Both the position numbers and the translations under genes were made by a program. Shown piece after piece: positions 38,880-48,346 of a stretch of 64,000 nt of DNA. This DNA is from Candidatus Thorarchaeota archaeon (GTDB taxonomy: Archaea > Asgardarchaeota > Thorarchaeia > Thorarchaeales > Thorarchaeaceae). Position 1 is the stretch's first letter. Every line of letters begins with the position of its first letter. The stretch lies in the NCBI GenBank assembly GCA_016933575.1, contig JAFGAR010000101.1, forward strand, positions 64,001 to 128,000. Reading direction: 5' to 3'. The notes below the pieces were generated by a model, which saw nothing but the letters and a program-made list of their open reading frames with translations, was not told the origin of the DNA and made no database searches.

Positions 38880-40976
38880 ATGCTTGGAAAGAGGGGTTTC
38901 ATGTGCGTTATGCTGATTCTAGTTATCACATGCTTCCCAATAATTGGCATCTATTCAGATGAGCAACCTGTTATCCCTATCAATGGAGATACCCGACATA
39001 AAACTGCAGTACCTAGCTCGTATATTCCGCATGAATCAATAATTATCAGAAATAATTCAGACTTTGCAAGTCAAGGGTGGCCAGGTAGCGGCGTTCCTAA
39101 TGATCCTTACATCATTGAAAAGCTAAATGTCACGAGCGATAGGAACTGCATTGATATCCGAAACACTACTGTTTATTTTGAGATTTATGACTGCCTTCTT
39201 ACACATGCTGGTGACTCAAGAACGGAGGGAATCTTGCTAGTGAACGTCACCCATGGTAAAATAATCAACTGCTCCGCTGAATTGCACTTGTACGCATTTC
39301 ATTTTTGGAATTGCTCAGATTGTACTGCTATGAATAATACTGCTAGAGATAATTATGGAGGCTTCTATTGCTATGAATCTTCCAATTGCACAATGAATAA
39401 CAATACTGCCAATGATAATTCATATGGTTTTGATATCTTAGCATCTTCATCCCTTACAATAAGAAATAACACTCTCAATAACAACGGTCTAAAGATTGGT
39501 GGGAATTCCTTTTCATATTGGGCTCATAGCATCTCAGGCAATGAAGTTAATGGATTACCTCTTGGATATTTCCAATCAGAAAGCAATTTGGAGCTCGACT
39601 GCGCATACTATGGTCAGATACTTCTTGTGAACTGTTCGCAGGTAACTGCGAAAAATGCCACATATACCAATCGTTCAACAGCAATCCAACTTGCATATTG
39701 CAATCACTGTAGTTTAATCAACATAACCACTTCGGTAGATGATTCAGGATTTTCACTTATCTGGTGTCCTTATAGCATACTGATAAACAACACTTCGAGT
39801 GGATTCCGTTTGTCTTCCTGCAATTCATCAATTATGATAAATAACACAGCTTCGAGGGCTGGTGTAATTCTTTACTCTTCGTATAATTCCACTCTGGTGA
39901 ATAATACAGTGAATAATGGTTATGCTGGATTTGATATTGAGTCTTCATCATATTGCAATTTACATCATAATATTGCTTCTAATAATTATGAAGGATTCCA
40001 TATCTATGACTCTAATTACTGCAATCTAACGGATAATATTGCCATAGAAAGTATCTATACAGGATTCTATATCTCAAAATCTTCTTATTTTAAAATTCAC
40101 AATAACATACTTTCAAGTCGTGGTATCAATATAATGGGTGATTCTCTAGATTGTTGGTTACATGATATAGTAAACAACACGATTGATGGGAAAGATTTGG
40201 GGTATTTTAGATCTATGAGTAATTTCATGCTTGATTCATCAAACTTTGGGCAAGTCATCCTTGCTAATTGTACCTCTGTAACTATTATGAATGGTGTATT
40301 TGATAGTCCTACAATAGGTGTTCAGCTTACATATTGCACAGAATGTAATCTCATCAATAATACAGTCAATAATACTTGGGACACTAGTTGGGTTAATGGA
40401 TTTTTGTTAATATGCTGTAAATCCTGTACTCTGATGAACAATGTTGTTAGGGATAATATGATTGGATTCGGCTTTTTCAATTCATCTTCTTTGATTTTAC
40501 AAGATTGCGTAGCTGCTGGTTGCTATGAGGGTATTTTTTTGACACCGGGATCTTCATCTTGTATAATAACAAATAATGTGATTATTGACAATACAATCGG
40601 TCTCCATATCGACCGTGATTGCTCATCAAATCTGATTTATCTCAATTATTTTGCCAATAACTCCATGTTAAACGGAGTTGATGATGGTTTCTCTAACAAC
40701 TGGGATAATGGAACTCACGGGAATTTCTGGAACGACTGGAATTGTATTGGTGGCTACTCTATTCCAGGCACTGCTGGTAGTGTTGATAACCATCCCTGTC
40801 TGTATGAGTCAAGTTGTCCAACATCTTCGACTACACCTTCGATTGGAACAACAACCACAACTACTGGCGAATCGGGATTCCTACCTGTAATCGTGACCTC
40901 TAGTGTTCTTATTGGTTCTGCCGTTATTATTTGTCTTGTAGTATTTTTGTTTATAAGAACGAAAAAAAGTAATTGA
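38880..40976 (+). CDS. secreted parallel beta-helix (NosD/CASH-like) surface protein with TM anchor
   Basis: Paralog of 34154-35806 with GWPGSG...DPYIIE, NNT repeats, WDNGTHGNFW, Thr linker and TM. Confidence 0.85.
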   Translation: MLGKRGFMCVMLILVITCFPIIGIYSDEQPVIPINGDTRHKTAVPSSYIPHESIIIRNNSDFASQGWPGSGVPNDPYIIEKLNVTSDRNCIDIRNTTVYFEIYDCLLTHAGDSRTEGILLVNVTHGKIINCSAELHLYAFHFWNCSDCTAMNNTARDNYGGFYCYESSNCTMNNNTANDNSYGFDILASSSLTIRNNTLNNNGLKIGGNSFSYWAHSISGNEVNGLPLGYFQSESNLELDCAYYGQILLVNCSQVTAKNATYTNRSTAIQLAYCNHCSLINITTSVDDSGFSLIWCPYSILINNTSSGFRLSSCNSSIMINNTASRAGVILYSSYNSTLVNNTVNNGYAGFDIESSSYCNLHHNIASNNYEGFHIYDSNYCNLTDNIAIESIYTGFYISKSSYFKIHNNILSSRGINIMGDSLDCWLHDIVNNTIDGKDLGYFRSMSNFMLDSSNFGQVILANCTSVTIMNGVFDSPTIGVQLTYCTECNLINNTVNNTWDTSWVNGFLLICCKSCTLMNNVVRDNMIGFGFFNSSSLILQDCVAAGCYEGIFLTPGSSSCIITNNVIIDNTIGLHIDRDCSSNLIYLNYFANNSMLNGVDDGFSNNWDNGTHGNFWNDWNCIGGYSIPGTAGSVDNHPCLYESSCPTSSTTPSIGTTTTTTGESGFLPVIVTSSVLIGSAVIICLVVFLFIRTKKSN

Positions 40977-40977
40977 G

Positions 40978-41448
40978 TTATTTACGCAATGCAAACTGAA
41001 TTAGACGAATAAACGCGTTAGCAAGTGAAACTTCGGTCAATTTGGATACTGTAAGAAGTCTTAGTTTCTTTTCGACAAGTTCTGGTATCTCTAGTAGATG
41101 TGCGTCGACATAGGCTGTCGCTCCAAACGAGAAGTTATAATACTCTAAAGGGCTGATTACACCTGCTAATAAAATATTGAAAGCCAGTACCATTTCTGTG
41201 AACAAATCTGCAGCTGCTTCCAAGAGGAGCTGTTTGTAGGGAATTGATGTAGCGTTACGCTTTAGGTTCGCATTATTTGCAATCTTCGATGCGTACATCT
41301 TTTCTAATTTCGAAACCTTCTCTTGAGTAAACACTCCATCCTTGACAATGATATCATACAGGACTGATTCTCCTAATAATGGAACAAGATGAGAAGTAGT
41401 TCGATCAATGAATTCATCATCTTTTTTTTTCAAGATTTCAGTCCTCAA
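40978..41448 (-). CDS. hypothetical protein
   Basis: 156-aa ORF with a TTG start, filling the gap between genes. No motif recognised. Confidence 0.55.
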   Translation of the reverse strand: MRTEILKKKDDEFIDRTTSHLVPLLGESVLYDIIVKDGVFTQEKVSKLEKMYASKIANNANLKRNATSIPYKQLLLEAAADLFTEMVLAFNILLAGVISPLEYYNFSFGATAYVDAHLLEIPELVEKKLRLLTVSKLTEVSLANAFIRLIQFALRK

Positions 41449-41576
41449 TTCTGCGTAATTATTACAGGTTCTTTAAGATAATATCTTGCTTGAATAGTAG
41501 GTCATTATGTGCTACTATTCAAAAAAAAATGGCATTGACGAACATCTTTTAGTATAGAATATACTACTCAAGAATT

Positions 41577-42770
41577 ATGGTCAGCTCAGTCAGACGTTGT
41601 ACATCTGAAGATAAAGACGCAATTTGGAATATTGTTTCTTATGCCTATGGTGTACCTGAAGCATCGCATGAGAGATTCCTTGAGAGATTAGATCTCATTG
41701 GAAAGGAATTCTTTCTGAATGAAGTCGATGGTGTACCAGAATCCGTTGCCAGAGTCTTAGAGTTCGAACAAAATATTCGAGATCTAATGAAGCCTATGGG
41801 AGGCATAGGTATGGTCGCCAGTTCTCCCGAACATCGAAGGTCTGGCTACACACGAGATCTCATGTTAAGTATCTTCAAGAACCTCCGAAAAGATGGCTTT
41901 GTGACGAGTACTCTCTATCCATTCAAGGATACATTCTATGGAGATCTAGGGTTTGTCAAAATGCCTCCCTCAAGAACTCTCGAATTTAATCCAACAGCGC
42001 TTTCTGGAATAAGCATGCCTATTGGGTATGTCGCAAAACGTGAAGAAGGAGAAGAAATGCTGCAAATTCGAAAGGAGCTACACAAGGTAATGGTTCTGGA
42101 AACTCATGGCGCAGTAATGAGAAGTGAAGACCGCTGGACAGAGATGGCAAAGAACTTTTCTTTGAAAGCTGTTGTAGCACGAAATCAGAAAGGCAAGCCT
42201 GAAGCAATCATGATCTATTCAATAAAGGGATATGGTGAAGGGCACGTATGGGCTGAACCCGGGCAAATTAATGTAGTAGAATTCACTTGGACCTCATTAG
42301 AGGGTAGAGATGCAATTCTGAATTATCTCTACAAGCACGCAGATCAGATTGTCAAAGTGACACTGGTGATTTCAACGCGAACTCAGGACTTCTATCATTG
42401 GCTATCAAATATCCACACACCAACTCTAAAATCCAATATTGTGAGTATGGCAAGGATTCTTGATGTTTCAAAAAGCATGTCAGAATTTCCAGTCGCTCAT
42501 GCTGGTAAAGTAGTGATTAATGTAGTTGATCCGCAGATTGAAGAGAACAATCGAACCTTTGAGTTCCAGACAAAGAATGGCCAATTATCAGTTGTTGAAT
42601 CTAACGGTACTGCAAAGACAACTGTTACAATTGAAGGTCTTACATCAATACTATACGGTACATTAAATGAATTGCAGTTGAGAAGATTAAGTTGGCTTGA
42701 AGGTGAATCACCTGCAGATTTGTTCGAGTGGTTCCCACCTGCAACACCCTGGCTGACTGAAGACTTCTAG
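41577..42770 (+). CDS. Eis-like GNAT acetyltransferase (GNAT + SCP2-like C-terminus)
   Basis: GIGMVASSPEHRRSG, STLYPF..FYGDLGF, MARILDV and a C-terminal ...EDF. Confidence 0.9.
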   Translation: MVSSVRRCTSEDKDAIWNIVSYAYGVPEASHERFLERLDLIGKEFFLNEVDGVPESVARVLEFEQNIRDLMKPMGGIGMVASSPEHRRSGYTRDLMLSIFKNLRKDGFVTSTLYPFKDTFYGDLGFVKMPPSRTLEFNPTALSGISMPIGYVAKREEGEEMLQIRKELHKVMVLETHGAVMRSEDRWTEMAKNFSLKAVVARNQKGKPEAIMIYSIKGYGEGHVWAEPGQINVVEFTWTSLEGRDAILNYLYKHADQIVKVTLVISTRTQDFYHWLSNIHTPTLKSNIVSMARILDVSKSMSEFPVAHAGKVVINVVDPQIEENNRTFEFQTKNGQLSVVESNGTAKTTVTIEGLTSILYGTLNELQLRRLSWLEGESPADLFEWFPPATPWLTEDF

Positions 42771-42794
42771 AGTTGCAACACAGAAAATCACAGT

Positions 42795-43016
42795 CTATTT
42801 GATAGTAATCGCATCCAATGGGCACACATCAACACATTGATTGCATCTGGTGCATAGGTCTGTAAAAGCCACGTCCACTCTCCATTCTGTTGGATTATTA
42901 CTAATGTAATCTGGTGGATATAAAATGAAAATAGCTGGCGGACAAATCTGCAGACATTTCTTGCACGATTTCGGGTCCCTGCATTTATCGTAATCAATGA
43001 AAATCTTCGTCCTCAT
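42795..43016 (-). CDS. small 4Fe-4S ferredoxin
   Basis: CRDPKSCKKCLQICP and CTRCNQCVDVCP. Confidence 0.88.
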   Translation of the reverse strand: MRTKIFIDYDKCRDPKSCKKCLQICPPAIFILYPPDYISNNPTEWRVDVAFTDLCTRCNQCVDVCPLDAITIK

Positions 43017-43880
43017 CTACCACACATCCTTCAGAGTTGGATTTTCGTTTCTATCAACCATTTGAATTGCATTTTCTGGACAGGTTGTTGCGCACAAGCT
43101 GCAACCAAAACAACGCATGGCATCAATAAATGGTGCGTTCATGAGTGTATTGAAGTGCAGTGCTCCAAACTGGCATCGGGATGAACACTCTTCACATCCC
43201 GTACATTTCTGTAGATCAACCTGTGCAATATATTCTCCCTTATAGAGAAAATTGAGGTCATACTCCATTCTGATCCTTGTCGCAGCACATTCAGGTCTCT
43301 CACAACTACAGAGGGCTGCGATGTATGGAATTGGTCCAAACCAGACAGTATTCACTCTACCCGAATGATTCATCTGCTCGATGAACTCCTGAGCCTCATC
43401 TACATGCAGTCTTTCAGCACCTTTTTCTGGAATGAATCTTGGAAGTTTAGGGACCATTTCAGATAATGCTCCAAAGGTCAGACAGCAAGGGTCTTGAATA
43501 CCACGGCTCATTAATCGGCAGGCACAATTAACCTTGAGAACTGGACTAGCAATCTCCAAGACCTTCTTCGCATCGTCTAAAGTCACAACCTGTCCTGGAT
43601 GCCCCTCTGCTCTGTGAGGATTTCGTTTTCCTTTCTCCTTGCCAAACCATGAATTCACATATGCCTTAAGGGCTCTCCCCACAATTGGTGTACTGAACTT
43701 GTATCCTGGCCCTTTCATTGATATGCCATAGATTTTTTGAAGGTAGATCTTTTCGAATTGTTTCCAAAGCTCGAAGATATACTCATGCGCATTCGTTTCT
43801 CTGGCTGTTTCCTCAAGATAGTTCTTTGAATTGAGATACCACCTCTTACCTGCACCGTGTTTGAAGCACCACTCACACAT
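43017..43880 (-). CDS. 4Fe-4S binding protein with additional Cys motifs
   Basis: CEWC..HG, CACR, CC, CSC and a C-terminal CTGCEECSSRC / CFGCSLCATTCP pair. Confidence 0.85.
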   Translation of the reverse strand: MCEWCFKHGAGKRWYLNSKNYLEETARETNAHEYIFELWKQFEKIYLQKIYGISMKGPGYKFSTPIVGRALKAYVNSWFGKEKGKRNPHRAEGHPGQVVTLDDAKKVLEIASPVLKVNCACRLMSRGIQDPCCLTFGALSEMVPKLPRFIPEKGAERLHVDEAQEFIEQMNHSGRVNTVWFGPIPYIAALCSCERPECAATRIRMEYDLNFLYKGEYIAQVDLQKCTGCEECSSRCQFGALHFNTLMNAPFIDAMRCFGCSLCATTCPENAIQMVDRNENPTLKDVW

Positions 43881-44039
43881 CAAAGTCACCTGTGTATTTC
43901 ATTTCGAGCGCAATTCTCCAAGCCAAACCGACTATATTATGTTGTGTCTGATTAGATATTCTGCATCTGTTAGTTGCTTGCGAAATGTTCATTGCTTAGG
44001 AGTAATGGTTTTTGTATCATTATTGTTCATGAATGCATT

Positions 44040-44372
44040 ATGAATGATAAACTTCTGATAATCATTGCATCTGGCGATAGAGAAAAGGTATTGACAGCTC
44101 TAATGTATGCAAAGAACAATATCAGGTATGGATGGATTACTGAAGTTCAGGTGATATTCTTTGGTCCTTCTGAAAACTTACTAGTCAGTGATACCGATGT
44201 GACCACGTCAGCTGCTGAGCTAGCAAATCTAAGCCAGACCTTTGCCTGTCAATTGCTCTCAGACCGTGACAATATTACTGATAGAATTGAACGACTCGGT
44301 ATTGAGGTTGACTACGTTGGCACAATCATTGCTGATTTCTTGAGAGATGGATACATTCCTATGGTCTGGTAG
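44040..44372 (+). CDS. DsrE/DsrF-like protein
   Basis: VQVIFFGPSE, FAC and VGTII...GY. Start at MNDKLL. Confidence 0.78.
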   Translation: MNDKLLIIIASGDREKVLTALMYAKNNIRYGWITEVQVIFFGPSENLLVSDTDVTTSAAELANLSQTFACQLLSDRDNITDRIERLGIEVDYVGTIIADFLRDGYIPMVW

Positions 44373-44394
44373 ACATGGAATCAATAATCTTGAG

Positions 44395-45012
44395 TTATGA
44401 TAATTCACTTTTTTCATCCTTCTTAGCAAATATCCAATATTGCTTTTCTCCACCTAATGTCAGAATTCCTTCAAAGACTATAGAAAATCCAATTTCCTCA
44501 ACAAATTCAAGAGTTTTTCTTGGATCACTTGTACTCCATAGCATGGGTTCTCCAAAGAATTGACTCATCCCCTCTGATTCATATATCCCGGTATTGAGAA
44601 CAAGTATTCCATTAGTTTTCAGCATTTTATGAAAATTGTGAATAATGGTTCGATGGTTAGACCTTAGGATGTGCCATAAGGTGTACACACAAATTATACC
44701 ATCAAATGTATCATCCAGGAAGTCCATTGTGAGTAGATTCTTCTGGTAGAATCTGCCTTCAGGAACTTTTTGTTTTGCTAGTTCTATCATTCTTTTTGAA
44801 ATATCAACACCTGTTACGTTGAATCCTTTTTCCACTAAGAATTTCGATGTTGGTATTCCAACTCCACATCCTGCATCGAGGATTTGACCTGAGCTTGGAA
44901 GCAGTTCGATGAATTGTTCTAATTGGTTATTGAATTTCTCATTATCCCTGTAATTATGATACATCTCCCCCATTCTATCATAGCTCTCTTCAACTGTTTT
45001 GAATAGGTCCAT
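44395..45012 (-). CDS. class I SAM-dependent methyltransferase
   Basis: ILDAGCGVG, GVDIS, FDGI and LKTNG. Confidence 0.9.
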   Translation of the reverse strand: MDLFKTVEESYDRMGEMYHNYRDNEKFNNQLEQFIELLPSSGQILDAGCGVGIPTSKFLVEKGFNVTGVDISKRMIELAKQKVPEGRFYQKNLLTMDFLDDTFDGIICVYTLWHILRSNHRTIIHNFHKMLKTNGILVLNTGIYESEGMSQFFGEPMLWSTSDPRKTLEFVEEIGFSIVFEGILTLGGEKQYWIFAKKDEKSELS

Positions 45013-45036
45013 GTTTCTCGCTTCTACCTCCTGTGT

Positions 45037-46455
45037 TTAATGATGGTGCTCATGTTCGTGACCAAGTGGTCTCAGTCTTCCAAAAGCACGTTGAACAACT
45101 TCAGGAAGAGCTGGATGGATATGCATGGCTTGGAACATTGGATAAATCGTTCCATCCGGTGTGTACATCAGATTGATTATCTCTTGGATAAGAATTGGAG
45201 AGTAGGGTCCAACAATGCCTGCACCAAGGATTCTCCTGCTCTCTGCATCTACAATCACTCTCACTAGACTTGCAGGATTTCCCATCGCAAATCCTTTCGC
45301 AGCAACTGAGTAGTCTACCTCTCCTATGTATAGCTGATGTCCTGACTCTTTGGCTTCCTCGAGTGTCATGCCAACTGCTGCAATTGGTGGATATGAGAAT
45401 ACAGCCCTTGGGACAGCATGGTAATCCATTGTGAGGAATTCTTCATCTTTTTCATTTTTGATGACTTTGGAAAGATTAAACCATACTATCTGCGACTCAT
45501 CATTTGCTACATGTCTGAATTGGTACCGGCCAATAGCATCTCCGAATGCAAAGATGCCTTTCTTACTGGTCATGAAGTAGTCATCAACGATTATCCAGTC
45601 TTTTTCATCAGTCTTGACTCCAGTCTTTTCAGGTTTAAAGAGATCCGCATTGGAACGCCTACCAACTGCTAAGAGCAGGGTCTCTCCACGAAATTCTTTC
45701 ACTTCACCAGAACTACGATCTTTGACAAAAACAACCTTCTGGTCTTTCTCTTCTTTGACCTCAATGACTTCATGATTTGTGAATACGTTCATTCTCTTTG
45801 AGAGTTCTTTCCGAAGTATTTCGGAGATATCCTTGTCTTCATTTTTCAGTAAGTAAGGATTTCTTCCAATGATTGTGACATCCACGCCAATAGCTGAGAA
45901 GAAGTGCCCAAATTCCGCTGCAATATATCCTCCTCCTATGATAATCATTGATTTTGGTTTCTCCTTCAAATGAAGTGCATCATCATCAAGGAGATACGAA
46001 ACATTATCCAGTCCTTTTATGTCGGGTATGACTGGACGTGAACCTGCTGCAATCACAATATGTGGAGCTGTGATTTTTTCACCATTGATCTCCATTATAT
46101 AATCATCAACAAAGTAACCTGTCCCTTTGTACCAATCTATTCCTTCAGCAGCATCAACTGAATCTCCTTGCTCTTTGCTAGAATCATCGACTTCTTTTCT
46201 CATTCGATTCATTATCCAAGGAAAATCAATGTCCTCAATCTTTATTTTCACTCCCAAGGATTCGAGGTGTTTAGCTTGGGTAATGATATCTGCAACATAG
46301 GTGAGGATCTTAGTGGGAATACAACCACGGTTTAAACAGGTACCTCCCATTGGTCCATGTTCGACAACAGCAACTTTCAGACCTTGATCATAGGCTGCTG
46401 AAGCTATATTCATACCTGCTCCAGAACCTAGGACTACCAAATCGTACTTCTTCAT
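45037..46455 (-). CDS. flavoprotein disulfide reductase (dihydrolipoamide dehydrogenase / mycothione reductase-like)
   Basis: GSGAG, GGTCLNRGCIPTK, GGGYIAAE, GD and HPALPE, with a His-rich C-terminal tail. Confidence 0.9.
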   Translation of the reverse strand: MKKYDLVVLGSGAGMNIASAAYDQGLKVAVVEHGPMGGTCLNRGCIPTKILTYVADIITQAKHLESLGVKIKIEDIDFPWIMNRMRKEVDDSSKEQGDSVDAAEGIDWYKGTGYFVDDYIMEINGEKITAPHIVIAAGSRPVIPDIKGLDNVSYLLDDDALHLKEKPKSMIIIGGGYIAAEFGHFFSAIGVDVTIIGRNPYLLKNEDKDISEILRKELSKRMNVFTNHEVIEVKEEKDQKVVFVKDRSSGEVKEFRGETLLLAVGRRSNADLFKPEKTGVKTDEKDWIIVDDYFMTSKKGIFAFGDAIGRYQFRHVANDESQIVWFNLSKVIKNEKDEEFLTMDYHAVPRAVFSYPPIAAVGMTLEEAKESGHQLYIGEVDYSVAAKGFAMGNPASLVRVIVDAESRRILGAGIVGPYSPILIQEIINLMYTPDGTIYPMFQAMHIHPALPEVVQRAFGRLRPLGHEHEHHH

Positions 46456-46509
46456 AATATTAACAATTGTGAATATATTAATAAGTATGTGGGTGTGGTA
46501 TGCCTACTA

Positions 46510-46740
46510 TTTTTGTCAGACCACACAGCAAACGGATATTATACAGTTGGTGTGTCCTGATACTATTACATCTCTGGTTTTGCAGAGCGTATAGACCACT
46601 ATCCGCAAGGGCTTCTTGGAACCACTAATAATTGCACTCAAGTAAATCTGCTACCAGAAGAGATTAACCAAATTGTTTTGGTGAGCTCAGCGATCATCGT
46701 AATTACTATGATAGCTGTGGTAACTCGAGTTAAACGATGA
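46510..46740 (+). pseudogene. remnant of the C-terminus of a beta-helix surface-protein paralog
   Basis: Frame +1 reads FLSDHTANGYYTVGVS*YYYISGFAERIDHYPQ...IVLVSSAIIVITMIAVVTRVKR*. This matches FWDDFNGTGMYSIAGAAESFDRHP plus the TM anchor of 34154-35806. Internal TGA at 46558; no signal peptide or beta-helix part upstream. Confidence 0.6.
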
Positions 46741-46764
46741 TTATGAAACATGGGAAATTAAGAA

Positions 46765-47976
46765 TTACATTAACTCCCAGGATGTAGCCATACTTACTCC
46801 ACCGCCACCACATAGTGTTGCCATTCCTGACCTGAGACCTCTCTTCTTTAATGCGTGTAAGAGTGTGATCACGATTCTTGCACCTGTACAGCCTACAGGA
46901 TGACCCAGGCCGATACCTGAACCATTGGCATTCACAATATCCCTATCAAATCCCAGAGGTTTTAGTCCCTTCTCAACAGCCAAAAACTGACTCGCAAATG
47001 CCTCATTGAGTTCAATTAGATCCCAGTCTGAGAATCCCTCACCCGTTCTGTCTATGAGATTTTTTACAGCTGGGACTGGTGACTCTCCCATCAGGTGTGG
47101 TTCACTGCAACCCATACCATACCCACGTAATTTGGCAATAGGTTTCAGTCCGAGTGTATCCGCTTGCTCCAGCGACATTATGACCATCGCGGCTGCACCA
47201 TCATTAATTCCGCTAGAGTTGCCAGCAGTCACAGTTCCATCCTTTTTGAACGCAGGTTTTAGTTTAGCTAGATCATCCATCGTCAATCCAGGTCTGAAAT
47301 GTTCATCAGCTTCTACGATTGTTGAGCCTTTTCTTCCTGAGATTTCTATTGGCACAATCTCCTCTTTAAAATCACCTTCTTTCGTTGCTCTTTCAGCATT
47401 ATTGTGCGATTTGAGTGCGACAATGTCTTGGTCTTCTCGGGTGAAACCGTGTTTATCATTCAAAAACTCTGCAGTCTCACCCATAATGTATGGTTTTCCG
47501 GTCTCAGGATGAGGATAGAAGTGGCTTCCAGCATGAAGACCAGTTGTTAATGCATCCAGAAATACTCCATCGAAGAGTCTAAGTCCCCATCTCGCGTTCT
47601 CCACACAGTATGGGACATTAGACATTGACTCAACACCACCTGCTAGAACAACATCAGTAAAACCCGTCTGTATTTGGAGTGCTCCACTTACAATTGCCTC
47701 CATTGCTGATGTGCATACACGGTTTATGGTGACTGCTGGAACCGTATATGGAATTCCAGCCAGGAGTGCAGAAACCCGCCCAATATTCAGAGCTTTGACA
47801 GGCTCAAGGCAATTCCCAATCCTTACATCCCCGATGATGTCAGGTTCTATTCCTGCTCTTTCTATAGCAGCTCGAATCACTTTGGCTGCCAGTTCTGGAG
47901 CCTGAATATCTTTCAATGAACCTCCGAATGTTCCGATTGGGCTTCGACATGCGGATACAACAACAATATCTTTCAT
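46765..47976 (-). CDS. acetyl-CoA C-acetyltransferase (thiolase)
   Basis: INRVCTS, NEAFA, GHPVGCTG and LCGGGG. Confidence 0.95.
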   Translation of the reverse strand: MKDIVVVSACRSPIGTFGGSLKDIQAPELAAKVIRAAIERAGIEPDIIGDVRIGNCLEPVKALNIGRVSALLAGIPYTVPAVTINRVCTSAMEAIVSGALQIQTGFTDVVLAGGVESMSNVPYCVENARWGLRLFDGVFLDALTTGLHAGSHFYPHPETGKPYIMGETAEFLNDKHGFTREDQDIVALKSHNNAERATKEGDFKEEIVPIEISGRKGSTIVEADEHFRPGLTMDDLAKLKPAFKKDGTVTAGNSSGINDGAAAMVIMSLEQADTLGLKPIAKLRGYGMGCSEPHLMGESPVPAVKNLIDRTGEGFSDWDLIELNEAFASQFLAVEKGLKPLGFDRDIVNANGSGIGLGHPVGCTGARIVITLLHALKKRGLRSGMATLCGGGGVSMATSWELM

Positions 47977-48154
47977 ATTTCAATCCTAAGATAAAGTACC
48001 TTATATCGTGCTTGGTTCTGGGAGTCTTCAAGTCCAGTATTTTCTATGTGTGCCTTCGACTACAAGCCAATTTAAGATAGGTAATGATGTTAGTTCTTCC
48101 TCTGGTCAGGCTTTGATGTGAAGATATCAATGGAAGGAGATAGGAATTAAAACG

Positions 48155-48278
48155 GGAAAGTAGTGGTTGGTTTGACTCCGAATTATTGAACTATTATGGG
48201 ACCCACAGCCCATGGAGGAGAGTAGTCACCTGACCTGGGGCAGATCACCTCTTTCGGGTCTGCCCCATCTACCACTCA
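48155..48278. other. GC-rich structured element (candidate ncRNA or leader) in the thiolase-thrS divergent intergenic region
   Basis: GGGGCAGATC/GGTCTGCCCC hairpin (48237-48266), flanking GAGTAGT/ACCACTC pairing and an ATGGG/CCCAT hairpin. No RNA family recognised. Confidence 0.35.
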
Positions 48279-48346
48279 GTTTTGTAGCCTTGCATCAAGC
48301 TTAAGTGGTAAACAGGTTTCATTAATCAAATACTGAGGTCGAAACA

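Noticed and set aside
41449-41505. Upstream in-frame ATG (41505) interrupted by TAA (41473-41475), suggesting a pseudogene
   Set aside because: The same bases form a TATA-like CTTAAAG about 25 nt before the TTG start, compatible with an intact leaderless gene. This cannot be decided without homologues.
46558-46560. In-frame TGA as possible selenocysteine recoding
   Set aside because: It does not align to a Cys or redox motif, there is no upstream body of the gene and no SECIS-like element was seen. A pseudogene explains it better.
48155-48278. Resemblance of the structured element to 5S rRNA, SRP RNA, T-box, cobalamin/TPP riboswitch, SECIS or H/ACA RNA
   Set aside because: Only short words match (CACCTGACC, CCAGGTCAGG, GAGAGTAG). 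The required conserved cores (CCGAAC, GGAA-AGCA, T-box sequence, AUGA/GA quartet, 3' ACA) are missing.
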